From the NCBI GenBank assembly GCA_965279515.1, contig CBDIID010000003.1, positions 3,136,001 through 3,200,000 on the forward strand: 64,000 nucleotides of DNA, given 5' to 3'. Position numbers and translations under genes: made by a program. Origin of the DNA: Turneriella sp. GTDB taxonomy: Bacteria > Spirochaetota > Leptospiria > Turneriellales > Turneriellaceae. Positions 37,401 through 48,450 of the stretch are shown here, one piece after another. The notes below the pieces were generated by a model. The model saw only the letters and a list, made by a program, of their open reading frames with translations. It was not told the DNA's origin and made no database searches. Position 1 is the stretch's first letter. Each line of letters begins with the position of its first letter.

Positions 37401-38576
37401 TCGGTTCAATTGCGTCACTGCTTTTTTAATCCCATCCAAAGTCAGGTCATACATGGGAAAAATACCCGCTATTGCGCGCAAGGTTGAGCCCGAAAACTCG
37501 TTATCCCAGCGCTCGGCGGCGATGGGGTTCAGCCACACCGCGTGTGCAAAGCGTGTGCGGATGCTCCTCAGTCGCTCAATCGATGGCTCGTATTCTTCGT
37601 CGCCGTAATTGACATTGCCATAGCGGCTGAAAAGTTCAGACGGCGCCATGCTCGCGTCACCGATGATAAAGATGCGCGTTTCGGCGTCTTCTTTGAGAAT
37701 CGTCTGTAAATCCACCGCTTCGCTGCGCATGTCATCTTTGTAGACATGGCCATAGATTGTGTTATGGAAGAAGTAGGTCTTCAGCGACTTCAGCTGCGCC
37801 GTCATTTTCTCAAAGACGAGCCGGGTGAGAGGCACATGCTGTAGCATCGAATAGCCGCCGTTGTCGATAAACAACATCACCTTGAGCTTGTTGCGTATCG
37901 GCGCGGTGAAGACGAGCTCGATGTCGCCGGTCTTACCCGAGCGGTGGATGGTCTCTGGCAGGTCGAGCTCGGTTTCAGCTTCATGTTTTTTCAGATTTTT
38001 GAGGAGCGCGATGGCCTGCCGCAGGTTCTCGCCGCTGAGGCTTTGCCGCGATGAATAGGCGACATGGCGCCTTTCGCCGATAACCTTGAGCGCGGAGAAG
38101 CCGCGGCCTTCACCCATGACGCGCACGCCACCCGCGGCATTGCCCGAGTGACCAAAAGCTGAGGAACCACCCGTGCCGACCCAGCGGTTGCCGCCGTGGT
38201 GCTCTTTGAGCTGTTCGCGCACGGTGTCCCAGAACTTTTTCATGAGTTCTTTGAGGTCATAATCATAACTACGGAACGGCACCTCGCCGCGGTCGCGGGC
38301 CTGGCGCAACCATTCGCGGAACTGTTTGGTTTCAAGTAGCGCCAGATCGCCTTCGGCGACGGCGGGAATGTCGAGCTTGTAGAAGTAACTGAGAAAGGTG
38401 CGCTCAAAGACATCGGCGTCATCACGGCGTTTGACGCAGATGAGTTTTAGAAGCAGAAAAAGATCATCGAGGCTATTGAGTTCGATCTTCTCCGGCGCGC
38501 GGTAGAAATCGAGAATTTCTTTCGCGCCGACGGCCAAACCTTCGTCGCGCAGGCGGTAAAAGAAGTTCAGCAGCAT
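37398..38576 (-). CDS. VWA/CoxE-like partner of MoxR ATPase
   Basis: HHGGNRWVGTGGSSAFG, DNGGYSM, GDASMAP, WLNP; TAATG coupling to upstream gene. Confidence 0.88.
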   Translation of the reverse strand: MLLNFFYRLRDEGLAVGAKEILDFYRAPEKIELNSLDDLFLLLKLICVKRRDDADVFERTFLSYFYKLDIPAVAEGDLALLETKQFREWLRQARDRGEVPFRSYDYDLKELMKKFWDTVREQLKEHHGGNRWVGTGGSSAFGHSGNAAGGVRVMGEGRGFSALKVIGERRHVAYSSRQSLSGENLRQAIALLKNLKKHEAETELDLPETIHRSGKTGDIELVFTAPIRNKLKVMLFIDNGGYSMLQHVPLTRLVFEKMTAQLKSLKTYFFHNTIYGHVYKDDMRSEAVDLQTILKEDAETRIFIIGDASMAPSELFSRYGNVNYGDEEYEPSIERLRSIRTRFAHAVWLNPIAAERWDNEFSGSTLRAIAGIFPMYDLTLDGIKKAVTQLNR

Positions 38577-39400
38577 TAGCCGCCGCGTACCCGCTTTTCG
38601 CCGCGGAAAGCGAGAATGTCTGCGGTACGTTTCAGCAAAATGCCCGACAGCGGTACCTGTTCGATCTCCGCCGGGGTAAATCCGCCCCGTTTGACTGCCG
38701 ACAGCCATTCGATGAGTTCGCTGGTCGCGGGGGCCTTTTCGAAGCCGCGGCCGCGCAACTCATAAAAGACCTTGAGCGCGGTATCGACAATCGGGCCTGT
38801 AAAATCGGGGAAATGCAGCGCAAGAATCTGCCGCATCTCATCGGCATTCGGGAACGTGATATGGTGGCAGAAACAGCGGCGCAGAAAAGGATCGGAGAGC
38901 TCGCGTTTGGCGTTCGAGGTGATGATGATGATGGGCTTCACAGCGGCCTTCACGCGCGTATTCGTCTCGCGGATAGTAAACTCGGAATCTTCAAGCACAT
39001 CGAGCAGGTTGTCTTGCACGTCAGATTCGGTCTTATCGATTTCGTCGAGCAGCAAGACCTTGCGTGTCGTCGAACGGAAGGCGCGGCCGATCGGCCCCCA
39101 GATAATGTAATCGTCAAAATTCTGTACGTTGCGCCCCGACGCCGCATCGGGAAAACGCGAGTCGTTGAGGCGCAGCACGGTGTCTTGGGTGTAGCAGGCT
39201 TCTTCGCCACGGAAGGTGGACTTCGCCCGTAGAATTTCCATCTCAAACCCCAGCGATTCAGAAATCGCAAAGGCCAGCTGGGTTTTACCGGTACCGGGTT
39301 CGCCTGTGAGCAGCAGCGGCTTTTCCATCGCCAGCGCCATATTGACGATGCGCGCCAGCTCGTCGGAGATATGGTATTTTTGCGTGCTATGGAATTCCAT
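38576..39400 (-). CDS. MoxR family AAA+ ATPase
   Basis: GEPGTGKT, LLLDEIDK, ITSN..ELSDPFLRRC. Confidence 0.93.
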   Translation of the reverse strand: MEFHSTQKYHISDELARIVNMALAMEKPLLLTGEPGTGKTQLAFAISESLGFEMEILRAKSTFRGEEACYTQDTVLRLNDSRFPDAASGRNVQNFDDYIIWGPIGRAFRSTTRKVLLLDEIDKTESDVQDNLLDVLEDSEFTIRETNTRVKAAVKPIIIITSNAKRELSDPFLRRCFCHHITFPNADEMRQILALHFPDFTGPIVDTALKVFYELRGRGFEKAPATSELIEWLSAVKRGGFTPAEIEQVPLSGILLKRTADILAFRGEKRVRGG

Positions 39401-39478
39401 AGCGGCTCTTCAGGCGGACCTTTCACGCCGAAAACGCAAAGCGTAACTTGATGCTGGGTGTACGCTGCACTATAAAAA

Positions 39479-39506
39479 TTGACGACTTGTTCAAGATTAT
39501 TATATT
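39479..39506 (+). promoter_or_regulatory. Putative sigma70 promoter of the monooxygenase
   Basis: TTGACG-16 nt-TATATT, then GGAGG and ATG. Confidence 0.45.
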
Positions 39507-39512
39507 GGAGGC

Positions 39513-40964
39513 ATGAAAGCGAACCACCAAGACGTGCTTATCATTGGCGCGGGGATTTCAGGCATCGGCGCGGCCTGCTATTTACGGCGCGAGTTGCCGA
39601 ACAAAACGTTTGCGATTCTCGAACGCCGCCAGGCTGTTGGTGGTACGTGGGATCTATTCCGTTACCCGGGCATTCGTTCGGACTCCGATATGAACACGTT
39701 TGGTTTTGGTTTCAGGCCCTGGACCGAGACGCGCGTGCTTTCCGACGGGCCGTCGATTAAGCGATATGTCGAAGACACGGCGAAAGAATACAACGTGATG
39801 AGTAAAATCCGCTTCGGCAGCAAGGTCACGAGCGCAAAGTTCTCAAGCAAAGATGCGCTCTGGACGGTTGCGGGTGAGGATGAAAAAAGCGGCGAAGAGT
39901 TCGTCTATACGGCGAATTTTGTCATCGCCTGCACAGGCTATTATAAGTACGACGAAGGCTATAAGCCTGATTTTCCCGGTGAGAAGGATTTCAAGGGGCA
40001 GATCATCCACCCGCAAAAGTGGCCCGAAGATCTGAATTACACCGGTAAGCGCGTCGTCGTCATCGGCTCGGGCGCCACTGCCGTGACGCTGATACCAGCG
40101 ATGGCTGATAAGACTGCGCATATCACGATGCTGCAGCGCTCGCCCACATACATTGTTTCGATTCCCGCAAATGATGTTCTCTCTGAAACGCTGCGGCGGT
40201 TTTTGCCCAAGTCATGGGTTTATCAGATGGCCCGGGCGCGCAATATTCTGATGCAGCGGGTGATCTATGCCCTCGCGAAAGCGCGCCCTGGCGCGATCAA
40301 GCGCCTGCTCTTGGGTGCCGCGAAAATGCGCCTCGGCGATAGCGTCGATATGAAACATTTCACACCGAACTACAATCCCTGGGATGAGCGTCTCTGCGTC
40401 GTACCAGACGGCGATCTGTTCGAGACCATCAAATCGGGCAAGGCATCGATCGTCACCGACCAGATCGAAAAATTCACCGAGAAGGGCATCCAGCTCAAGT
40501 CGGGCGAGCATCTCGACGCCGACATCATTGTCAGCGCGACCGGCCTCAACGTGCAGCTCATGGGCGGCGTGGAGATCGAAATCGATGGCGCCAAGGTGCC
40601 GGTGACAGAGCGCGTGACGTACAAAGCCGTGCTCGTTGAGGGAGTTCCCAACGCCGCGATTATCTTTGGTTATACCAATGCATCATGGACGCTCAAGGTC
40701 GATATTGCCTGTGAGTATATTTGCCGCCTGCTGAAACACATGGATAAGAACCACCACCGTATCGTGGTGGCCCACGCGCCGGGCGACGTCAAAACCCAGG
40801 ACACGGTCATGGGCGCCTTGGCTTCGGGGTACATCCGCCGCGCAGCGGATAAGCTGCCGCGCCAAGGCACGCATGGCGTCTGGAAGGTTTCGAATGATTA
40901 TCTTTCAGATACGGCGATGCTGAAATTCGGTGGCATCACTGACGACGCGCTGAAGTTTACTTAG
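39513..40964 (+). CDS. Flavin-containing (Baeyer-Villiger, EthA-like) monooxygenase
   Basis: GAGISG, GGTWDLFRYPGIRSDSD, FKGQIIHPQKWP, GSGATA. Confidence 0.95.
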   Translation: MKANHQDVLIIGAGISGIGAACYLRRELPNKTFAILERRQAVGGTWDLFRYPGIRSDSDMNTFGFGFRPWTETRVLSDGPSIKRYVEDTAKEYNVMSKIRFGSKVTSAKFSSKDALWTVAGEDEKSGEEFVYTANFVIACTGYYKYDEGYKPDFPGEKDFKGQIIHPQKWPEDLNYTGKRVVVIGSGATAVTLIPAMADKTAHITMLQRSPTYIVSIPANDVLSETLRRFLPKSWVYQMARARNILMQRVIYALAKARPGAIKRLLLGAAKMRLGDSVDMKHFTPNYNPWDERLCVVPDGDLFETIKSGKASIVTDQIEKFTEKGIQLKSGEHLDADIIVSATGLNVQLMGGVEIEIDGAKVPVTERVTYKAVLVEGVPNAAIIFGYTNASWTLKVDIACEYICRLLKHMDKNHHRIVVAHAPGDVKTQDTVMGALASGYIRRAADKLPRQGTHGVWKVSNDYLSDTAMLKFGGITDDALKFT

Positions 40965-41289
40965 ATTTCAGCGCCTGCTCGAGCGTTTCGTAGACGTCGA
41001 GGTGTGCGTCGGACTTGGTGATCTTAAAGACCTGCATGATTTTACCCGAGACATGGATCAGCCCCAGCTTGCCGTTGTATTCACGGATCTTGCGCTGAAA
41101 GTGAAAAATCGCTCCCATGGCCGACGAATCGAGGTGTTCTACGCCTTGCATGTCAAAGATCACATGCGCCGGCTTTTCTTCGATATACTTTGTTATATCC
41201 GCCTTCAGTTGCGGAATGATATACATCTGCAGCTGCGCTTCGGTAAACTTGATAATGATCGCGCCATCGTGACGTGAAACTTCGACCAT
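40957..41289 (-). CDS. STAS-domain anti-sigma factor antagonist
   Basis: VIFDMQGVEHLDSSAMG. Confidence 0.85.
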   Translation of the reverse strand: MVEVSRHDGAIIIKFTEAQLQMYIIPQLKADITKYIEEKPAHVIFDMQGVEHLDSSAMGAIFHFQRKIREYNGKLGLIHVSGKIMQVFKITKSDAHLDVYETLEQALKSK

Positions 41290-41353
41290 GCCGACGACGA
41301 TCACCGGTAGGCAGCATTGTCAACAATAACCCGGTTTCTGGCCCCAGTGAAAA

Positions 41354-41794
41354 TTATCCGGGATTCGTTTTGCCCGTTTCGATGTAGCTTTTCAGCATTT
41401 GCTGAATCAGCGACGTCCAGCCGAAGTCGAAGTTCGCGCGTTTGAAATCTTCAAGCGGCGGGAAGGTCTCGAGCCCGGTGTGAGTCAGGCGTACGCGCGT
41501 CATATCACCTTCTTGCATCAACTCAAATGTCACGAGGGAATCGCCTTCGTAGCCATCGTAGCGCCACGAGTAAGACAATTTTCGAGGCGGTATGGCTTCT
41601 ACGACGCGGCACAGGTGCAGATATTGTTTTTCAGGCGGGCCGCCGCTAAAACTGAATTCGAAACCCACTTCAGCCCTAAAGTCCGCGAGATCGAAGTACC
41701 ATTGTTTCATTTCGGTTTTGTCGCTAATCGCTTTCCAGACGCGTTCGGGCGTCGTCTGAATGAGAATCTCTTTGATCAAAGGGGTTGTGCTCAT
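41354..41794 (-). CDS. SRPBCC/AHSA1 (START-like) protein
   Basis: PERVWKAIS..W, LSYSW, VTFEL, RLTHTG, GW. Confidence 0.9.
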   Translation of the reverse strand: MSTTPLIKEILIQTTPERVWKAISDKTEMKQWYFDLADFRAEVGFEFSFSGGPPEKQYLHLCRVVEAIPPRKLSYSWRYDGYEGDSLVTFELMQEGDMTRVRLTHTGLETFPPLEDFKRANFDFGWTSLIQQMLKSYIETGKTNPG

Positions 41795-42096
41795 GTTTCC
41801 TCCAGGAACTTCTTAAGGCCCTGCAATTTGTTATCCCAAAACCGGTCATAATAGGCCACCCAGTCAGATACGGCTTTGAGGGGGGCCAGTCTTGCTTCAC
41901 AGAAACGTTCGCGGCCGCGGTCGTGCAATGCAACAAGTTTGCATTCTTGCAGAATGCGCATGTGTTTTGAAACTGCTGGGCGGCTGATTTTGAAATGCGC
42001 GGCTACACCGTTCATCGTCAGCGGCTGTTTTGCCAGCAGCGAAATGATCTGCCGGCGTGTCGGATCGGCAATGGCTTGAAATACGTCGCGGCGCAT
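41791..42096 (-). CDS. ArsR/SmtB family transcription factor
   Basis: FQAIADPTRRQI, SRPAVSKH, GRER..W..Y..FW. Confidence 0.93.
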   Translation of the reverse strand: MRRDVFQAIADPTRRQIISLLAKQPLTMNGVAAHFKISRPAVSKHMRILQECKLVALHDRGRERFCEARLAPLKAVSDWVAYYDRFWDNKLQGLKKFLEET

Positions 42097-42097
42097 A

Positions 42098-42117
42098 ATG
42101 TAACCAATTGGTTACAT
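42098..42117. promoter_or_regulatory. Palindromic operator upstream of the ArsR-SRPBCC operon
   Basis: Perfect 20-bp ATGTAACCAA|TTGGTTACAT, 1 nt from the ATG. Confidence 0.8.
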
Positions 42118-42155
42118 ATGGAGTCCTGTGCAAGACGTCAAGTGTTTGGCGGATG

Positions 42156-42773
42156 TCAGAACGGTTTTACGGAATCGGTTGAAAAGCGGCCGTTGAGTTC
42201 CTGGAAGAGCCCGTTGTTTTCGATACTCGTCAAATAGACAAAGTCGCGGAGTATCGGCATGCGTCCGGGAATCTGCATGTAGTGCCTGATTTCATTCTTG
42301 ATCGCCTTAATACGGCTTTCTTTATCGCGGGCATCGCCCTTACGCAATGCAAGAAACCGCTTTGTCGCACGGTCGACGAGCATGCCGATATTCCAGCTTG
42401 CAGCCAACTTCAGTGTGTCGCCGAGTTCGTCGTTATTGATCGGCTTCTGCATGTAGTAGATGGCGCCCATGGCCTGTGATTTCTGTGCGGTTTTTGCGGT
42501 GGGGTAACCAGTCATGATGACTACCGCAGTCGATGGCATGGTTTCGCGGATCTTCTCGGCGAAGGCGATGCCATCCATCTTGCCCATGCGGATATCGGTG
42601 AGTACAATATTAAAACGGGTTTTCGCGAGACGTTCGAGCGCCTGCTCGGCGTTGGCACATTCTTCCGTTTCATAGCCCCAAATGCCGGCAGTCTGCGAAA
42701 TCATGGCGCGAATGGCCCGTTCGTCATCGACGATGAGCAGTTTCATTTCGGATTGCGGTGCGCGGTGTGACAT
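42156..42773 (-). CDS. Response regulator (receiver plus unknown C-terminal domain)
   Basis: LLIVDDE, VLTDIRM, MTGY, QKP. Confidence 0.9.
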   Translation of the reverse strand: MSHRAPQSEMKLLIVDDERAIRAMISQTAGIWGYETEECANAEQALERLAKTRFNIVLTDIRMGKMDGIAFAEKIRETMPSTAVVIMTGYPTAKTAQKSQAMGAIYYMQKPINNDELGDTLKLAASWNIGMLVDRATKRFLALRKGDARDKESRIKAIKNEIRHYMQIPGRMPILRDFVYLTSIENNGLFQELNGRFSTDSVKPF

Positions 42774-42939
42774 CTCTTTCAAAAGGGACGATAAATTACA
42801 AGGTATTTCAACAACATTGGACAGAAAAACACAATCCAAGTGTCTACAATCATTTTCTGCGGGCAATCATTTTTTGGTCGCAACAGCTGATTTTTAAGTG
42901 TCAGGATTCATTGGGTTTTACAAAAACATTGGACAATCA

Positions 42940-42967
42940 TTGACGCCGCAGAGGCATGTGTTAAGAT
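42940..42967 (+). promoter_or_regulatory. Putative sigma70 promoter of the kinase cluster
   Basis: TTGACG-16 nt-TAAGAT with TGn extended -10. Confidence 0.5.
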
Positions 42968-42992
42968 TAAACGTTGCTCGGGGTCCGCTGAA

Positions 42993-45900
42993 ATGAAACG
43001 ATTACAAAGTACCCATTTTCAGCAAATCATCGCATCTGCTATGGATGCCATCATTTCAGTGGATGATTCACAGACGATTTTTATGTTCAACAATGCGGCG
43101 GAACAGATGTTTGGCCACGCTGCGACCGATATCATCGGTAAAAATCTGGATATCCTGATTCCCGGGCGTTACCGCACCGAGCACCGCAACCATATCCAGA
43201 GATTTGGCAAGGCCGCAACAACCAGCCGCCGCATGGGCGGCCTCGGCAAAATTTATGGCCTGCACGCTGACGGGCATGAGTTTCCCCTCGAGGCCGCGAT
43301 TTCGCACGTCGAGGCCGAAGGCCGCCAAATCTATACCGTCATTTTACGGGATATCACAGCACGGATGCGCGCTGAAGAAATTGTCGCGCAGCGGTTGCAA
43401 CTCGAAGATACGTTATCGAAAATGGCGGCATCCACGCCCGGCGTTTTTATTGTCTATCAGGCAACGTCGGCAGATTCCGGGGAGTTTCTTTATCTCAGCC
43501 CGAACGTTGGTGACATTTTTGATCCGGCCGCCGCAAATCTGAAGGCTAACTCCAGCGAGTGGATTGATATGATCCATCCCGACGATCGTGAAAGAGTCAG
43601 GCAAACTGCCGTCTTGGCCCGTGAAAATGGCAAGGTTGCCCCTAGCCACGAATACCGCGTTTTACACCCCACGCGCGGTGAAATCTGGGTCGAGTCACGG
43701 CGCAACATGGAGAAACTGCCTGACGGCGTCGTACGCATCTATTCTTACATGACAGAAATTACGGGAAGGAAAAAGCAAGAGCTGGCGACACAGCAGAGCG
43801 AACGGCAATTGCGCGAAATTCTCGATAACATGTCCGAGGGCTATCAGATCATCGGTTTCGACTGGCGTTATAAATTTTTCAATAATGCCTTTGTGAAACA
43901 GTCGCGGCATTCCGCGGAAACATTAATGGGACATACGGTGCAGGAGCTCTACCCCGGAATCGAGCAAACGGAGGTCTACCAGGCATACCAGAAGTGTTTT
44001 TCGCAGCGGGTGTCTATCCGCATGGAAAATGAATTCCGTTTTCCCGACGGCTCATTGCTCTGGTTCGACCTGTTTTTTCAGCCGACTTCACGGGGGTTAT
44101 CGATTCTCTCCGTCGATATTACCGAGCGTAAACGCCAGCAAATAGCCCTGCACGAAAGCGAGCGCCAGCTGAATGCTGCCATGCGGATTTCAGGCCTGGG
44201 CAGTTTTGAGTTGGATTTTGCGACGGAACTTGTATCTGCATCGGAGCGATTGCTCGAAATATTCGGGCTACAGCCCGGAATTGCCCTAAAACGCGAAGAT
44301 TTTTTCAGGCTGATCCATGTGGATGACCGCGCGCGCGTGCGCAACGCTTCGAGCGTCACGCTGCGTGGTGAAGGGGTTTTCAACGAAGAATACCGTATCG
44401 TGCGTGATGACGGAGAGTTACGTTGGCTGCATGCTCGTGCCGAATTAACAACGGATGGTAAGGGGATGAAACGTTACTCTGGCGCGATCATCGACATCAC
44501 GGAACAGAAAACAATCCAGGAAAACCTGAAAAGTAGTGAAGAGCGCTTTCGGCAGGTTGTCGAGACCATCGAAGAGGTGTTTTGGATGACCGACACGCTC
44601 AAGAACACAATTCTATACATCAGCCCGGCATACGAAAAAATCTGGGGACGCTCAGCAGAAGGTCTTTATTCACAGCCGAAAACATGGCTGGAGGCTATCC
44701 ACCCTGAAGATCAGCCCCGTATTTCGGAGGCACTGAGCCACCAGGCCGAGGGAACTTACAATGAAGAATACCGCGTTGTTCGCCCCGACGGCACGATTGT
44801 CTGGATCTCGGACAAGGGTTTCCCCATTAAGAACAGTGAGGATGTCGTTTACCGCATCGCCGGGGTCGCTCAGGATATCACCGAGCGCAAGCAGCTGAAG
44901 ACCGAACTTTCGCGTTTTGTCGAACTGAGCCCGACGGTGCTTTACGCTATCCGCGTGACTCCAGACAGTCTCCATTCGACCTGGCGCTCGCAGAATCTGG
45001 CGACTCTGACCGGGTATAATCCGTCGGATCCGGAACTAAACAAAGCAGAATGGTGGATGGAGAATATCCATCCTGAAGATCGCGCCCGCGTCATCGAAGC
45101 ACATCCGATTCCCTATGAAATCGCTCACCAGGTCATCGAATACCGCCTGCGTAAGAAAGACGGTACCTTTATCTGGATTCGCGACGAAAAGCGGCTGTTC
45201 CGCGATGCTGCGGGTAAACCCGCGGAGATCGTCGGCAGCTGGTCCGATATCACCGAGAGATTTTTGCTCGAAACACAGATGCGCCAGGCGCAGAAAATGG
45301 AAGCCATCGGCCAGCTTGCTGCAGGGGTCGCCCACGATTTTAATAACCTTCTGACTGTCATCAAGGGCAATAATGATTTGATCAAAGCCGAAGTATCCGC
45401 GTCTCCCGAAGCCCGTGACTGGTGCGACGACATTGAAGCCGCTGCCGAAAAGGCGAGGCACCTGACGCAACAGCTTTTGCTCGTCGGCCGCCGGCAGTCG
45501 TTACAGCTCAAGCCGCTCGAACTCAATGAAACACTGCAGCAGAATGTTGCGCTTTTGGGGCGTATGCTGGGCGAAGATGTCAATGTCCGCTTCCATGGTT
45601 CAGATGTCGCCCTGAACGTCTATGCAGACCCTGGCATGATCAGCCAGATCATACTCAACCTGACCGTGAACGCACGTGATGCAATGCCGCTCGGTGGAGT
45701 ACTCTCCCTGGAGTGTTCTGCCAAAGAGTTGGATGAAGCGACCGCACATGCGATACCTCAGGCGCGGCCGGGAACTTATGCCTGTTTTTCCGTGAGCGAT
45801 ACCGGCACTGGCATACCCCAGGAAATTATGTCACGTATTTTTGAACCTTTTTTTACGACCAAAGAACCGGGCAAGGGTACGGGATTGGGGCTGGCGACGG

Positions 45901-46430
45901 TGTTTGGCATCGTGCAGCAACACCAAGGCTGGGTCAATGTCTACAGCGAACCGGGCCATGGCACAACTTTTCGAATCTACCTGCCGCTGATCCAGGGCAG
46001 TCTGACACAGGAAAAAAAGCAGGAAATCAATGCAACAATCGAAAGCGGGCACGAGACGATTCTCGTGGTGGAAGACGAACTGACACTGCGTAAGCTAGCC
46101 CGGACTATACTCTCGAAACTCGGTTACCGAGTGCTTGAGGCCGGTACCGGGAAAGAAGCCATTGCGCTGTGGCAGCAACACCATAATCTGATCGATCTCG
46201 TCATCAGCGATATTATTATGCCTGACGGTATGAATGGTTTCGAACTGGCTACGCGGCTACGCGCACAAAAGGCCGATCTGAAGATTGTGTTTACCAGCGG
46301 GTATAGTCCCGAAGTGCTCATCGCACAGCATCCACAACCAGAGGGCGCTCTCTTTCTGCCAAAGCCCTATTCCCTGGCCGATCTTTCGCGCATTGTTCGT
46401 ACCGGCCTCGATGGCATTAAGCCGGAATAA
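42993..46430 (+). CDS. Multi-PAS hybrid sensor histidine kinase
   Basis: About six PAS/PAC repeats (IHPDD, IHPED, DITER), GVAHDFNN, receiver domain. Confidence 0.95.
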   Translation: MKRLQSTHFQQIIASAMDAIISVDDSQTIFMFNNAAEQMFGHAATDIIGKNLDILIPGRYRTEHRNHIQRFGKAATTSRRMGGLGKIYGLHADGHEFPLEAAISHVEAEGRQIYTVILRDITARMRAEEIVAQRLQLEDTLSKMAASTPGVFIVYQATSADSGEFLYLSPNVGDIFDPAAANLKANSSEWIDMIHPDDRERVRQTAVLARENGKVAPSHEYRVLHPTRGEIWVESRRNMEKLPDGVVRIYSYMTEITGRKKQELATQQSERQLREILDNMSEGYQIIGFDWRYKFFNNAFVKQSRHSAETLMGHTVQELYPGIEQTEVYQAYQKCFSQRVSIRMENEFRFPDGSLLWFDLFFQPTSRGLSILSVDITERKRQQIALHESERQLNAAMRISGLGSFELDFATELVSASERLLEIFGLQPGIALKREDFFRLIHVDDRARVRNASSVTLRGEGVFNEEYRIVRDDGELRWLHARAELTTDGKGMKRYSGAIIDITEQKTIQENLKSSEERFRQVVETIEEVFWMTDTLKNTILYISPAYEKIWGRSAEGLYSQPKTWLEAIHPEDQPRISEALSHQAEGTYNEEYRVVRPDGTIVWISDKGFPIKNSEDVVYRIAGVAQDITERKQLKTELSRFVELSPTVLYAIRVTPDSLHSTWRSQNLATLTGYNPSDPELNKAEWWMENIHPEDRARVIEAHPIPYEIAHQVIEYRLRKKDGTFIWIRDEKRLFRDAAGKPAEIVGSWSDITERFLLETQMRQAQKMEAIGQLAAGVAHDFNNLLTVIKGNNDLIKAEVSASPEARDWCDDIEAAAEKARHLTQQLLLVGRRQSLQLKPLELNETLQQNVALLGRMLGEDVNVRFHGSDVALNVYADPGMISQIILNLTVNARDAMPLGGVLSLECSAKELDEATAHAIPQARPGTYACFSVSDTGTGIPQEIMSRIFEPFFTTKEPGKGTGLGLATVFGIVQQHQGWVNVYSEPGHGTTFRIYLPLIQGSLTQEKKQEINATIESGHETILVVEDELTLRKLARTILSKLGYRVLEAGTGKEAIALWQQHHNLIDLVISDIIMPDGMNGFELATRLRAQKADLKIVFTSGYSPEVLIAQHPQPEGALFLPKPYSLADLSRIVRTGLDGIKPE

Positions 46431-46435
46431 TTGCG

Positions 46436-48376
46436 ATGTTGCAACACCAGGGAGAACTTTTTGTCCGCGGCATAGGTTATCCGTTCTGTGTTTTTGACCA
46501 GAAAGAAAGCATCGTCAGCTATAACACGGAATTTGAAAATCTCATTGGCGTTGCCGACATCCAGGGCATGACGCTCACAACCCTTTTTGAAAAAACGGAG
46601 TTTGCCCCTTTGGTGCCGGGGGTGCGCCAGGGGCTTTCTGGCATACGGCCTGCGCCGCAGACCGTACTGATTGAAGGTTTTCCCGTCCGGCACTATCAGG
46701 CAGTCGTTAAGCCACTTCGCGAAGACGGTTCTGAGCAGTTTGCTGTACTGACGCTCGCCGATATTTCAGAGAAAATGCAAGCCTTGCAGTTCGCCCATAA
46801 AGCCCGCAGTTTTTACAACGCCGTTTTTGATGAAATGCCACAGGCTTATTTCATGGTGGATGAAGATTTTGCAGTATTACGCTGCAACCGTGCGGGGCAG
46901 GACATATTCGCCATGTCGCCCGAACAGTTGCTGGGCTTCGATTTAAGAAGACTGTTCCGCTCCAATAGCGACACGCTGGCAGACCAGTTCGCAAAGTTTA
47001 AGGGCGGTACGGCAAAAACACTGCGTCTCGGTGAAGAAGACTTTGTCGAAGGTATTCGCTATGACGGATCAATTTTTCCCGTACGCGTGACGCTGATCCG
47101 CTCTACCCTGGGTGAGATAAATACTTATTCCGTGGTTGTGCTCGATCTCGCCGCCGACCGCGAACGTGAGCGCCGGCATATCGAAGAAGAAAAAAAAGCA
47201 CAGGGCATGATGCGCACCGAGGCACTCGGCAAGCTCGCAGGCAAGTTCGCCCATGACATGAATAACGTACTCGCTGTCATTGGCGGGTTCTGTGAAATTC
47301 TCGCGCTGACGGCACACGGTGATGATGCGAATGCGCTCGAAGAAATACGGCAGGCGGTACGAAAAGGCGCGAACCTGACAGCGCGCACACTTGCCTATAC
47401 CGGCAGACAGCAGATGGAAAGCAAGCCGCTGGACATCGGTCAGCTGATCGCGCTCGGCAAGCATGAATGGAGCGACACCCTGGGCGAGCGCATTTCGCTT
47501 ACTATCCGCGTTCCGGAAGCGAAAGGTGTTGCCCAGGCCGATGAAAAGCAGCTAAAACAGGTCATATTCAGCTTACTCGATAATTGCCGTGAAGCAATGC
47601 CCGAAGGCGGCAAGGTGCAGCTAAGCGTGGGTAAAACACATCTGTCAGCGGATTTTCTTGAAGGTCAGGGCATCGCTGAAGGTTCGGGCGACTTTATCGA
47701 GATTTGTATAGAAGATGACGGACCGGGTATTCCGGCGGCCAAATTGCCGCAGATTTTTGAGCCCTTCTTCTCCACGAAAAATCCGAACACATCCAGCGGC
47801 TTTGGTCTGGCGATTGTCTACGGTATCGTCAAACAGCATGGTGGTTTTATTTTCTGTGAAAACGGAGCCGAGCGTGGCACCAGAATGAAGGTGTTATTGC
47901 CGGCCATCGACGCGGGAGCCGAGGTACCCGATTCCGGCGATATCGACGTCCCGGCCATCGATCCGACTCAGTATACGATCCTTGTTGTGGATGACGAAGA
48001 TCGCATTTTACAGATTCTCGCCAGTACGCTCACCCACGCGGGCTTCGGAATTCTGACGGCCGCGAATGGCCGCGAGGCATTCGAGGTTATTGCCCGGCAC
48101 GGCGGTGATATCGACTTGCTGGTAACGGATATCGTGATGCCCGAAATGACAGGAATCGAGCTGGTACAGAAAATTCTCGAAACTTTTCCGACTCTGCCCG
48201 TAGTTTTTATCACGGGCTATTCGCACCAAATCATGGACAAACATCCCGTGCTGCGCAATTTCCGCATCATCAACAAGCCATTTGCTCCCAGCGACGTGGT
48301 TGCTGTTGTCACGCGGGAAATCGCGCTGCGTAGCATGCACGTCTCCAGCGAAAACGATGCCCTGCCTGAAGGCTAG
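46436..48376 (+). CDS. PAS hybrid sensor histidine kinase
   Basis: GKFAHDMNN, DDGPGI, EPFFSTK, receiver LLVTDIVMP. Confidence 0.93.
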   Translation: MLQHQGELFVRGIGYPFCVFDQKESIVSYNTEFENLIGVADIQGMTLTTLFEKTEFAPLVPGVRQGLSGIRPAPQTVLIEGFPVRHYQAVVKPLREDGSEQFAVLTLADISEKMQALQFAHKARSFYNAVFDEMPQAYFMVDEDFAVLRCNRAGQDIFAMSPEQLLGFDLRRLFRSNSDTLADQFAKFKGGTAKTLRLGEEDFVEGIRYDGSIFPVRVTLIRSTLGEINTYSVVVLDLAADRERERRHIEEEKKAQGMMRTEALGKLAGKFAHDMNNVLAVIGGFCEILALTAHGDDANALEEIRQAVRKGANLTARTLAYTGRQQMESKPLDIGQLIALGKHEWSDTLGERISLTIRVPEAKGVAQADEKQLKQVIFSLLDNCREAMPEGGKVQLSVGKTHLSADFLEGQGIAEGSGDFIEICIEDDGPGIPAAKLPQIFEPFFSTKNPNTSSGFGLAIVYGIVKQHGGFIFCENGAERGTRMKVLLPAIDAGAEVPDSGDIDVPAIDPTQYTILVVDDEDRILQILASTLTHAGFGILTAANGREAFEVIARHGGDIDLLVTDIVMPEMTGIELVQKILETFPTLPVVFITGYSHQIMDKHPVLRNFRIINKPFAPSDVVAVVTREIALRSMHVSSENDALPEG

Positions 48377-48450
48377 GCACCTTTTCGCCCGAAGGAGTTG
48401 ACCCGGCCGTTGCCGCACGGGCGTTGTCCGGGCTTTCCCGCTAAATCAGG

